From the NCBI GenBank assembly GCA_038213315.1, contig JBBQTJ010000008.1, positions 1 to 26,611 on the forward strand: 26,611 nt of DNA, written 5' to 3'. Of this stretch, positions 8,070-15,663 are shown piece after piece. Made by a program: the position numbers and the translations under genes. The stretch's first letter is position 1; each line of letters opens with the position of its first letter. Source of the stretch: Planctomycetota bacterium. GTDB lineage: Bacteria > Planctomycetota > UBA11346. The notes under the pieces are model-generated. The model did no database searches, was not told the origin of the DNA, and saw nothing but the letters and a program-made list of their open reading frames with translations.

Positions 8070-9692
8070 ATGCTGACTCTGCGCATCTCACATCCCCTGC
8101 ATGGCGATCGGGTCGCGACGCTGACCCAGGGGGACTTCACTGGCGACGGGGTGGCCGTTGGCCGCGCCCCCCGTAACCGCATCGTCCTCGACGAGCAGGT
8201 GGTCAGCCGGCTGCACGCCCGCCTGACCCTGACTGCGGGCGGGGTCTTCATCGCCGACTGCGCCTCGACTGCGGGCATCCTGTTGAACGGCGTGCGGCTG
8301 CCGCCCAGCACCCCGGCGCGGGTGGCGGATGGGGATCTCATCGCCATCGGCCCGTACACTATCGCGCTCGCGCCGGCGGTCTCGCTGGCCGCAGAACCCG
8401 AGGGCCTGGGCTTAACCGTCATGGCCGCTCCGCCGGTGGATTCCTACATGCCGTTGGCCGTCCTCGCCGATCAGGAGCCGGCCCAGTGGACGGGCGGTGA
8501 GCTGGCCGTGCGCGTGGTGCGCATCATCGACGAGACGCCGGACGTGAAGACCTTCGTCTTTGCGGCTGCCCATCCGACCCAGTTCACCTACCTGCCTGGC
8601 CAGTTCGCTACCATCGAGGTCCTGATCGACGGGGTGAAGACCAGCCGCAGCTACACCCTGTCGTCGACGCCCACCCGCCCATATACGCTCTCGATCACCG
8701 TTAAACGCGTGGCTGCCGCCAACGATCTGCCGGCGGGCAAGGTCAGCTCCTGGCTGCACGCACACTTGGCCGTGGGCGATGAACTGCGCATCAATGGTCC
8801 CTTCGGCGACTTTTCGTGTGCCCGCCATCCCAGCCCGCGGCTGCTGCTGATCAGCGCCGGCAGCGGCATTACGCCCATGTTGTCGATGGCGCGTTGGCTG
8901 GCCGACAGCGCCGCCGAGGCCGACGTCGCCTTCGTGCACAGCGCACGCAGCAGCGCCGACTTGATCTGCCGCCAGGACCTCGAGCTGCTCGTCGTCCATA
9001 ACCCGCGCCTGCGCGTGGTGCTGGCGACCACCCGGCCCGAGCCCGGCTCGCGCTGGACCGGCCTGAGCGGGCGCATTTCTCTCGACATGTTGCGCCTGAC
9101 CGTGCCGGACTTCGAGCGCCGCACGGTGTTCTGCTGCGGCCCAGAGGGCTTCATGGCCGGCACCAAGGAGATGCTCGCCCAGGCCGGCTTCCCCATGGCG
9201 AACTACCACGAGGAGAGCTTCGGCGCGCCCAGGCGCCCCACGCCCGCGGCGACACACAACCAGTCGGCCGTGTCCCCGCCGACGGAGTTTGGGCTGAAGG
9301 CTTTGCTGCGCGTCGACGCCTCGCCCCGCGCTGCCGCGCCCATGACCGCTGCCGCGCCCATGACCGCCGCCGCGCCCGGCCCCCACGGCAGCAGCGCGAC
9401 CCGCACCGCCATAAAAACCGAGACACTGGGCAGCCTGCACTTCACCGGCAGCCGCGTCTCGCTGGTGTGCCCGCCGGCCCAGACCGTGCTCGAAGCGGGT
9501 GAGAGCAAGGGCATCAAGCTGCCCTTCGGCTGCCGCATTGGGAAATGCGGCGCCTGCAAACTGGTTAAGCGCAGCGGCGAGGTGCTGGCCGACGGCTACG
9601 ACGATAGCATCCTGAAGGCAGGCGAGCGCAGCAAGGGCTACGTCTTGGCCTGCATCGCCCGACCCGCGGGCCGGGTCGAGATCGAAGCGTAG
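8070..9692 (+). CDS. FHA domain fused to a ferredoxin-NAD(P) reductase-type oxidoreductase (FAD/NAD binding) with a C-terminal plant-type 2Fe-2S ferredoxin domain
   Basis: 540 aa, 18 bp downstream of the previous gene, so a likely operon. FHA: GRAPRNRIVLDEQVVSRLHARL...DCASTAGILLNGVRL...GDLIAIG. FAD motif RSYTLSS (RxYS), GKVSSWL, NAD motif LLLISAGSGITPML, and CGPEGFM. 2Fe-2S: CRIGKCGACK...YVLAC. The linker carries a tandem AAPMTAAAPMTAAAP repeat. Confidence 0.8.
   Translation: MLTLRISHPLHGDRVATLTQGDFTGDGVAVGRAPRNRIVLDEQVVSRLHARLTLTAGGVFIADCASTAGILLNGVRLPPSTPARVADGDLIAIGPYTIALAPAVSLAAEPEGLGLTVMAAPPVDSYMPLAVLADQEPAQWTGGELAVRVVRIIDETPDVKTFVFAAAHPTQFTYLPGQFATIEVLIDGVKTSRSYTLSSTPTRPYTLSITVKRVAAANDLPAGKVSSWLHAHLAVGDELRINGPFGDFSCARHPSPRLLLISAGSGITPMLSMARWLADSAAEADVAFVHSARSSADLICRQDLELLVVHNPRLRVVLATTRPEPGSRWTGLSGRISLDMLRLTVPDFERRTVFCCGPEGFMAGTKEMLAQAGFPMANYHEESFGAPRRPTPAATHNQSAVSPPTEFGLKALLRVDASPRAAAPMTAAAPMTAAAPGPHGSSATRTAIKTETLGSLHFTGSRVSLVCPPAQTVLEAGESKGIKLPFGCRIGKCGACKLVKRSGEVLADGYDDSILKAGERSKGYVLACIARPAGRVEIEA
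9333..9377 (+). repeat. in-frame tandem repeat (18-bp unit gccgcgcccatgaccgcy x2.5) in the linker of the FHA-FNR protein
   Basis: Direct sequence inspection: gccgcgcccatgaccgct gccgcgcccatgaccgcc gccgcgccc. It encodes AAPMTAAAPMTAAAP. Confidence 0.7.
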
Positions 9693-9693
9693 C

Positions 9694-9720
9694 GTCACGG
9701 GCCGCGGGACGGCCCGTGAC
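9694..9720. terminator. perfect GC-rich hairpin between convergent operons (candidate bidirectional terminator)
   Basis: gtcacgggccg-cggga-cggcccgtgac: an 11-bp perfect stem with a 5-nt loop. It lies between the stop of the + strand gene (9692) and the stop of the - strand gene (9724). No U-tract, so not a canonical intrinsic terminator. Confidence 0.45.
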
Positions 9721-9723
9721 CCG

Positions 9724-10599
9724 TTAGCCGCCGCCGAGCATCTTCATCGCCTTCTGCAGACTGATGCGCATGCGCGAGAACGAGCCGGCCAGGCTGGCGA
9801 TCTCATCCTTGCCGGCGATCTTGGGATCGCCCGCCGAGAAGTCGCCCTTGCTCACCTGGTCGCACAGGCGGCTCAGGCGGGTGATCGGCCGCACCACCAT
9901 CACGCGCATGGCGAGGTTGAGGCTGATCAGGGCCAGGACGCCAGCGGCGGTAAGCGAGCCCATGAACACCAAGAAGGTGGTGCGCGCGCGCTCCAGGGAC
10001 ACCGAGGCCGGCACGGCGACGATCTGGGCGCCGACGATCTCGTTCATCTTCCAGCCGAAGCCGTTGTTGGGGCCATAGATCTTGATCACGCTCGCCGGCG
10101 CCTTGTCCGGCGTGCTGTGGCAGTCCAGGCAGCTCGCGTTGGTGATCTGGATCGGCCGGGCGATGTACATGACTTCGCCGGTCGGGGTGGTGCGCGTGCC
10201 GGAGACCTCCTTCGCGGTTTCGTTATTGCGGAAGTAGCCGATGATGTCGCTCTCCCAGTCTACCGCCCGGTCGGCGGGGTTGGTCGGATTGAGGGCCGCC
10301 TCGCGGTAGGTGTAGTCGGAGTGCTTCACGCGCAGCAGGTCGAAGGCGCGCATGGCGGCGAAGGCCGGCACCGTCTCGGGATGGAACACGTCGGCACCGA
10401 GCTGGGCGACCAGCGGCTTGACGTTGTTGATGGTATAGGTGCGCATCGACATCGCCGCTTCGAGCATCAGCGTGGCGCGCTCCCGGATCTCCGCCCGGGC
10501 GTTGCTGTAGATGATCTGGTACGAGATGGTGCCCATGACCAGCAGGGCCGCCACGAAAGTCGCGGTGAGGATGAGCGTGAACTTGGTGCGGAGATTCAT
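9724..10599 (-). CDS. membrane signalling protein: periplasmic c-type-heme sensor domain (CXXCH; DUF3365/Tll0287-like) + TM + HAMP domain, with no output domain
   Basis: 291 aa. N-terminal TM FTLILTATFVAALLVMGTI. The periplasmic part contains CLDCH, a c-type heme-binding motif. A second TM FLVFMGSLTAAGVLALISLNLA is followed by a HAMP-like segment (RPITRLSRLCDQVSKGDFSAGD...EIASLAGSFSRM). Its start ATG overlaps the kinase stop (ATGA). Confidence 0.7.
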   Translation of the reverse strand: MNLRTKFTLILTATFVAALLVMGTISYQIIYSNARAEIRERATLMLEAAMSMRTYTINNVKPLVAQLGADVFHPETVPAFAAMRAFDLLRVKHSDYTYREAALNPTNPADRAVDWESDIIGYFRNNETAKEVSGTRTTPTGEVMYIARPIQITNASCLDCHSTPDKAPASVIKIYGPNNGFGWKMNEIVGAQIVAVPASVSLERARTTFLVFMGSLTAAGVLALISLNLAMRVMVVRPITRLSRLCDQVSKGDFSAGDPKIAGKDEIASLAGSFSRMRISLQKAMKMLGGG

Positions 10600-12053
10600 A
10601 TGAGGCTCAGTTTCTGCATTTCCTTGCGGAACGCGGCGCGGTCATGGTCGTCGGGGATCTCGCTTTCGAGCTGGGCGATGAGATCCTTGATGCTGCTCGC
10701 CTTGTTCACCATCCGCTTGACCAGCATCTGGGCGATCGGGCCGATGTGCTTGGCCAGTTCGCGGGAGATGTTCTCGGTAATCTCGTCGTCGGCGATCTTC
10801 GTGGCGGCACGCGGCGCGGTGGCGCGCGGCGCAATGGCATCTGCCCCCGCAGAGGAGCCGCTCGCCTCGATGGCCTTGCGCGCGGCGGCGGTGTTGAGCA
10901 GCGAGGTGATGTTCTCCAGCGCCGGCGAGGCGCGCAGCTGGTCGCCAGCCTGGGAAGTAAGGTTGTCGAGCAACTGCTGGGCGTTGGTCGCCGACTTGAT
11001 CGACTTGAACAAGACCGGCGTGGCCCGCTCGCCGATCGACTCCTCAAGCTGCTTGCGGATCTCCTCGACCAGGTGAGAAGGGATGGAGCGCATGCGCGTC
11101 AGGTCGACTGACGGCGCCTGGATACCGGTGACCATTGTGCGGTCTCCGTCTATCCCGCCGGCGAAACCGGGGACACCTTCAAGCCGTTGCAGCACCGCAT
11201 CGGCGTGCTGGGGCCGCTGCACCGCCTGCGGCCGCATCAGCCAGGCCAGCACCTGCGCCAGCTGCGCGCCGGCACTGTCCCGGGCGGCGATGACCTTCAG
11301 CGACCCGTCGATGCCGTCGGTCTGGTTGGACTGGTCCGAGATGGTGCGCTGGATCGCCTCGGTCGGAACAGTGCCGGTCAGGCAGTACAGCATGCAGGCG
11401 CCGACTGCGTACAGGTCGGTGGCCGGGCCCTGGGCATCGGTGCCGGTATATTGTTCCATGGGCGCATAGCCTGCGGTCACCAGCACCGTGAAGTTGCGCT
11501 CCTGGTCGCCCAGGTTTTGCCGGGCCGAGCCGAAGTCGAGCAACAGGATGCTGCCGTCGGGCCGGCGCATGATGTTGGCCGGTTTAATGTCACGGTGGAG
11601 GTAGCTGTGGGCGTGAATGACCCGCAGGGCCTTCAGGATCTCGATCAGGATGGCCCGCGCCTCGCCCACGCTAAGGGTGCCGTACTGGCGCACGTGATCG
11701 CGTAGCGTCATGCCCTCGACGTAGTCCATCACCATATAGGCGGTGTTGTTGGCCTCGTGGAAGCCGTGGACGTGCACGATGCGCGGGTCGCGGAACTGGG
11801 CGAGCGTGCGGGCCTCGTCCAGGAAGCGGTTGAGGCGCTTCCGGTAGCCCTCGTCGTCCACTTTGCCGGCGATGGTGAGCCCGTCCAAGGCCCGCGTCAC
11901 CTGGCCGTGCAGGAAGTACTCTTTGATGGCCACCATGCGCTGGAGCTGCACGTCCCAGGCCTGGTAGGTAAGGCCGAAGCCGCCGCGGCCCAGCAGTTTG
12001 GCGATGCGGTAGTGACCCAGCTGGGTGCCGGGCTGCAGGGCGTCGTCAGGCAT
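10596..12053 (-). CDS. Hanks-type serine/threonine protein kinase with a ~210-aa C-terminal helical extension containing an internal repeat
   Basis: Glycine loop LGRGGFGLTY, VAIK (catalytic Lys), HRDIKPANIM, DFGSAR and APE-like motifs. C-terminal repeats LVEEIRKQLEESIGERATPVL... and ITENISRELAKHIGPIAQMLV.... No TM segment. Translationally coupled to the downstream HAMP gene. Confidence 0.9.
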   Translation of the reverse strand: MPDDALQPGTQLGHYRIAKLLGRGGFGLTYQAWDVQLQRMVAIKEYFLHGQVTRALDGLTIAGKVDDEGYRKRLNRFLDEARTLAQFRDPRIVHVHGFHEANNTAYMVMDYVEGMTLRDHVRQYGTLSVGEARAILIEILKALRVIHAHSYLHRDIKPANIMRRPDGSILLLDFGSARQNLGDQERNFTVLVTAGYAPMEQYTGTDAQGPATDLYAVGACMLYCLTGTVPTEAIQRTISDQSNQTDGIDGSLKVIAARDSAGAQLAQVLAWLMRPQAVQRPQHADAVLQRLEGVPGFAGGIDGDRTMVTGIQAPSVDLTRMRSIPSHLVEEIRKQLEESIGERATPVLFKSIKSATNAQQLLDNLTSQAGDQLRASPALENITSLLNTAAARKAIEASGSSAGADAIAPRATAPRAATKIADDEITENISRELAKHIGPIAQMLVKRMVNKASSIKDLIAQLESEIPDDHDRAAFRKEMQKLSLI

Positions 12054-12707
12054 GGTGCCTCCAGGTAGGACCGGCTTGGGTCCGGAGGCAGGGCGCGGTG
12101 AAGGGCATGGCGGTGCGCATGGTTGTTTTGAGTATCATCGGCACAAGTGGGCATTAGCCTGACTTGAATATCATTGCTTTGCAACTGTCGCGCCCCGCTC
12201 GTGATCAGTTCCGCCCATGGTTCTAGCAGCGTAGCGGTAGACCTCGAGGCGCAGCTCTGGCGAAAATCCCGCCCCCACGGAGCCCTGCGCCGGAAGTCGC
12301 AAGTCTCATCAATCATGACGACGGCTTGATTCGGCGGCCGAGTGCAAGCGCTCATCTCGTAAGCACCGCCATCCTATCCGCGTGCTGGGACCGGGGCACC
12401 ACTGCGCCCGGGCCGATGCTGGCAGCCTGAGAATGTGGCCAAACGGTTTTATAACTGCGCCCGACGCCAGGTCCCTACCGGTAAGCTCAGCCAAGTAGAC
12501 TTCGAACTCCAACTGATCAATGCCGCTTACTGAGCTTTCCCATGCGGGTTGAGTGCGTCCTCTTGGGATTGCGGGCCACTGGCCCGCTCGAACGCCTGAT
12601 GGAAGGCATGCGAGCCGATGGCCGGCGGTCTCAGGGTTGCGCCGCGCCTAGTCAATCTATGAGTGAAAGCACAGTAACCAGCCGTTCGCAGCATCGGAGG
12701 AGGTCAT

Positions 12708-12959
12708 GTGTCGCGCAATTGGCTGACCGTGGGCTTTTGTGCGCGCTATGGCTTGACCGTGGCCAGCGTCGATCTGTCCGACCGCATCGCCGAGGCTCGG
12801 GCCTTGATCCTGGCCACGCATCTGCCCCTGGTCGAGATCGGCCGAGGCGTTGGGCTGCCGGATCCGCAGCACTTCAACAAGCGCTTCAAGACCTGTGGAA
12901 GACATCCCCCATCACACCTGCGCCGCGCTCGCGGCGCAGCATTTGGCGTGCGGGCATGA
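12708..12959 (+). pseudogene. AraC/XylS-family transcriptional regulator remnant (C-terminal HTH domain only)
   Basis: Frame opens after a TAA at 12675-12677. Translation SRNWLTVGFCARYGLTVASVDLSDRIAEARALILATHLPLVEIGRGVGLPDPQHFNKRFKTCGRHPPSHLRRAR matches the end of HTH1 plus the whole of HTH2 of AraC-family proteins. No N-terminal domain is present upstream in any frame. A strong GGAGGAGG SD precedes the GTG at 12708, so a truncated 83-aa product may still be made. Its stop overlaps the next start (ATGA). Confidence 0.5.
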
Positions 12960-13492
12960 GCACGCCCAGGCCCTATCAGCCATTCTGGTGCGAAGAGAAT
13001 ATCTGGCACCTGGCTGCGTCAGATGAGGTGGGTCCAGGCGAGCGCGTCGTCCTACTGGTGACCGGGGCGAGCGGTCAGGTGGCCTGCTGGGGGCAGCGTG
13101 CCGCCGCAGCCGGCGTGGCGATGCTGTGGGACTACCATGTGGTCTTGGCGGTACGTGGTCCTGGCGACACGGTGCTCTGGGATCTGGATTCCCGTCACGG
13201 CTGCCCGCTGCCACTGCCTCTGTGGCTGCACGAAACCTTCCCCAACAACGACCGGGTCCGGACTCTGTTCCAACCACGCTTCCAGATTATTCCGGCGCAG
13301 AATTACCGGCGGGATTTTTCCAGTGATCGCCAGCACATGCGCACGGCCAATGGCGCGTGGCAGCAGGCCCCACCAGCATGGCCGCTGATCACCGGCGGAG
13401 CCGTCACCTTGGCCGACTATCGGCAGCAGGCCCAGCACCAGGGCGTCGGGCTGACCGAGGTGGCCCAGCGACTGGCCCCGCAGCCGCTCTGA
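12956..13492 (+). CDS. protein N-terminal glutamine amidohydrolase (NTAQ1 / WDYHV-motif, Nt_Gln_amidase family) homolog
   Basis: 178 aa from ATG 12956. Motifs: FWCEENIWHL (eukaryotic NTAQ1 CYCEENIWKL, catalytic Cys), WDYHVVLAV (the family WDYHV signature), FSSDRQHMRT (FASDRSHMKD), NGAWQQAPP (GNWREPPP). The track ORF 12542..13492 is the same frame with an arginine-rich N-terminal extension that is probably not translated. Confidence 0.7.
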   Translation: MSTPRPYQPFWCEENIWHLAASDEVGPGERVVLLVTGASGQVACWGQRAAAAGVAMLWDYHVVLAVRGPGDTVLWDLDSRHGCPLPLPLWLHETFPNNDRVRTLFQPRFQIIPAQNYRRDFSSDRQHMRTANGAWQQAPPAWPLITGGAVTLADYRQQAQHQGVGLTEVAQRLAPQPL

Positions 13493-13523
13493 TGCGGTCG
13501 AAAACAGCGCGGTCTGCAAATGC

Positions 13524-13651
13524 ATGCGCAACAAGGAGCGGCTGCGCGCCATCGCCTCCGTCGTGGGCCTCAAGAACATCAGCTACTTCACCCGCGTCTT
13601 CCGCGCGCGGAGTTCACCACGCCGCTGCGCGGGCGCGCGCAGCAGGGCTGA
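13524..13651 (+). pseudogene. second AraC-family C-terminal fragment, frameshifted
   Basis: Reads ...ERLRAIASVVGLKNISYFTRVFRA and, after a frameshift in the GCGCGCGG run, EFTTPLRGRAQQG*. This equals the AraC-family HTH2 plus C-terminal tail (compare YFSRVFKKEFGVTPSEYR). Only about 40 aa of homology, and an indel is needed. Confidence 0.4.
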
Positions 13652-14338
13652 TCAGGAGCGGCTGTCCTGGGGGTGGTAGCGGACTTCGATCTGCTCCACA
13701 GGTTCGGTGCGGTCATCGGCGCCCAGGTGCGCGATGTCGGCCAGCGCTCCGGTCATGCGCCAGGTGCGATCCACCGGCAGGCGACGCACCAGGGTGGTGA
13801 GCGCAGCGGGATGCCAGTCACAGGCCACCGCCCGTCCGGTCATCAGCTTGGCCAGTTCGTTGAGGATGATCGCGTGACTGACCACCACCACGCGCTGGGC
13901 GAACGGCTTGCGCGCCTTCAGGTCGGCCACCACGGCGGTGCAGCGCTGTTGAATGGTGCGATCAGACTCCGGATGGCTCGGCTTGCCGGCCCCGACGCGA
14001 CGCTCGGCCCAGGCCGGATCCATGGCGCTGGTCGCGCTGAAGGGGCTGCCCAGCACCTGCGACAGCAAGACCTCGCCGAGGCGCCAATCCGCCGTGACGG
14101 TGGTGGCACAGGCCGCCGCGATGAGGTCGGCGGTTTCCAGACAGCTGCGGAAGGGTGAGGACAGCACCACCGTGGCCCCACCGTCAGCGGCCACGCGCGT
14201 GGCGGCATGCCGGGCCTGGGTCTGCCCGCTGGCGGCCAGCGCGGCATCAAGCCGCAAGTGCGGTTCGGTGCCCCGCACTTTCAAGCGCTGATCCCAAGAG
14301 AGGAGGTAGCCGTGGCGGATCAGGACGATGGTCTGCAT
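13652..14338 (-). CDS. histidine phosphatase (phosphoglycerate mutase family) protein
   Basis: Starts at MQTIVLIRHGY (RHG catalytic motif), with SSPFRSCLETADLIA and VVSHAIIL (the second His). The track ORF extends 22 codons further upstream, but the conserved family start is at the Met of MQTIVLIRHG. Confidence 0.7.
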   Translation of the reverse strand: MQTIVLIRHGYLLSWDQRLKVRGTEPHLRLDAALAASGQTQARHAATRVAADGGATVVLSSPFRSCLETADLIAAACATTVTADWRLGEVLLSQVLGSPFSATSAMDPAWAERRVGAGKPSHPESDRTIQQRCTAVVADLKARKPFAQRVVVVSHAIILNELAKLMTGRAVACDWHPAALTTLVRRLPVDRTWRMTGALADIAHLGADDRTEPVEQIEVRYHPQDSRS

Positions 14339-14580
14339 GTACCGCGAGGGTGGCGGGCCAGGGGCGGAACGGAATCCTGAAAATGCCCCTGGCTCTGCTG
14401 GCAATCGGGTCGATCCAGACGGCAGGATCAGGACATCAATGCACCTGCCTCGCTCTGGATCCTACCCTCATCACCCGCTTCTGTACCGACGGCAACACCG
14501 TGGTGCGAGGCGTGTTCAGCGCTGCCGAGGTCGCCCACTTCCGCACCCTGAGCCTAGCCCGCAGCGGCGGCAGAGCCGCC

Positions 14581-15363
14581 TCAGGCCCAATGATTGACCG
14601 GCCCGACCCCGCTGCCCAGCGCCGGGGCGCTGGCGATGGCGTGGTGGATGAAGGCTTTTGCGCGCAGGGCTGACGGGCGCAGGGCATGGCCCAAAGCCAA
14701 GTGCGCGGTCAGGGCGGCGGCGAAGGTGCAGCCGGTGCCGTGAGTCGCCGTGGTCGCCAGGCGCAGCGCGGGCAGTTCCAGTTCGCCCTCGCTGTCCACC
14801 AGCAGGTCGACGCTGAGGCCGTCTGTGCCGGCTCCGCCTTTGATCAGCACAGCGCTGGCACCGTGCGCGCGCAGGGTCAGGGCGGCGGCGCGGGCGCTGG
14901 CCGGGTCGTGTACCGGCAGTCCGCTCAGGGCCGCTGCCTCATGCCAGTTCGGCGTCACCACGGCCGCGAGGGGCAGCAACTGCGCGACCATGGCCGCGAC
15001 GGCGTCGTCCGGCAGCAGCCGATGGCCGTGCTTCGAGATCATTACCGGATCAAGGACCAGGCGTGGGGCGCGGCGCTCGCGCAAAAAAGCGGCTACGGCT
15101 GTGATCAGCGCGGCGCTGCCGATGGCTCCGGTCTTTAGTGCCACCGGCGGCAGGTCGTCGAAGACCGCGTGCAGCTGGGCCAGCACCAGGGCGGTCGACA
15201 GGGCCTCGACCATGGTCACGCCGCGGGTGTTCTGCGCCGTCACCAAGGTGACCACGCTGGTGCCATAGCAGCCGAAACGGTGGAAGGTCTTGAGGTCGGC
15301 TTGCAGGCCGGCACCGCCAGACGGGTCGGAACCGGCGATGGTCAAGGCGATGGGTGGCTGCAT
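14581..15363 (-). CDS. thiD: hydroxymethylpyrimidine / phosphomethylpyrimidine kinase
   Basis: N-terminal ALTIAGSDPSGGAGLQADLKTF is a ThiD/PdxK ribokinase-fold hallmark. 260 aa. Glycine-rich anion hole GTGCTFAAALTAHLALG. Confidence 0.9.
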   Translation of the reverse strand: MQPPIALTIAGSDPSGGAGLQADLKTFHRFGCYGTSVVTLVTAQNTRGVTMVEALSTALVLAQLHAVFDDLPPVALKTGAIGSAALITAVAAFLRERRAPRLVLDPVMISKHGHRLLPDDAVAAMVAQLLPLAAVVTPNWHEAAALSGLPVHDPASARAAALTLRAHGASAVLIKGGAGTDGLSVDLLVDSEGELELPALRLATTATHGTGCTFAAALTAHLALGHALRPSALRAKAFIHHAIASAPALGSGVGPVNHWA

Positions 15364-15499
15364 GCCCGCAGGGTGGCCTCATTGCGTCGGCCGCCAAGGC
15401 CCATACGACCTGCGCCGCACCAGGGGGAGACTCTCTTCAGTTTTTCACAAAAAAGTTGCTCGGGCCGCTGCGCTGAACTGGCCAACATATTCGTGCTTT

Positions 15500-15620
15500 C
15501 GGACGATGTTGGCTCAGTCCCCTGAGCAACCTATTTGTGACAAAGGAGAGCCTGAGAGGCGTGGCCATGCCGCGCGACCCCAACACCTGATCCGGATCAT
15601 GCCGGCGGAGGGATGGTGCA
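15500..15620 (+). ncRNA. TPP (THI-box) riboswitch upstream of the transporter gene
   Basis: Contains CCUGAGAGG (CUGAGA box), then GACCCC, then ACCUGAUCCGGAUCAUGCCGGCGGAGGGA. This matches the conserved P4/P5 pyrophosphate-sensing core (consensus ACCUGAUCUGGAUAAUGCCAGCGUAGGGA). An extra 7-bp hairpin GCGUGGC-CAU-GCCGCGC sits between the CUGAGA and ACCC boxes. The 5' P2 strand is atypical. Context: it is divergent from thiD. Confidence 0.65.
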
Positions 15621-15624
15621 GCGC

Positions 15625-15660
15625 GTCCTCCGGCCGCGTCCTTCGCCATTTTTGGAGGAC
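15625..15660 (+). promoter_or_regulatory. SD-sequestering helix of the riboswitch expression platform
   Basis: GUCCUCC (15625-15631) is perfectly complementary to the GGAGGAC SD (15654-15660), which lies 4 nt upstream of ATG 15664. Confidence 0.5.
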
Positions 15661-15663
15661 TCC

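Noticed and set aside
12230-12310. tRNA-like fragment (gcgtagcggtag ... ggcgaaaatcccgcc) in the kinase leader
   Set aside because: Does not fold into a cloverleaf. The T-loop lacks a TTC(R)A motif and the acceptor stem cannot be formed.
12542-12955. N-terminal extension of the NTAQ1-like ORF (track start 12542)
   Set aside because: The extension is an arginine-rich read-through of the overlapping AraC-remnant frame with no homology. The conserved NTAQ1 N-terminus aligns from the Met at 12956, which overlaps the upstream stop (ATGA).
15364-15500. Possible second TPP riboswitch on the minus strand upstream of thiD
   Set aside because: The reverse complement has no CUGAGA / ACCUGAUC...GCG.AGGGA core. 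Only an 8-bp palindrome (GCCAACAT...ATGTTGGC at about 15481-15513) of unknown role.
15613-15663. ATG at 15613 as the transporter start
   Set aside because: It lies inside the conserved AGGGAUGG 3' end of the TPP aptamer. ATG 15664 has a GGAGGA SD and is the target of the sequestering helix.
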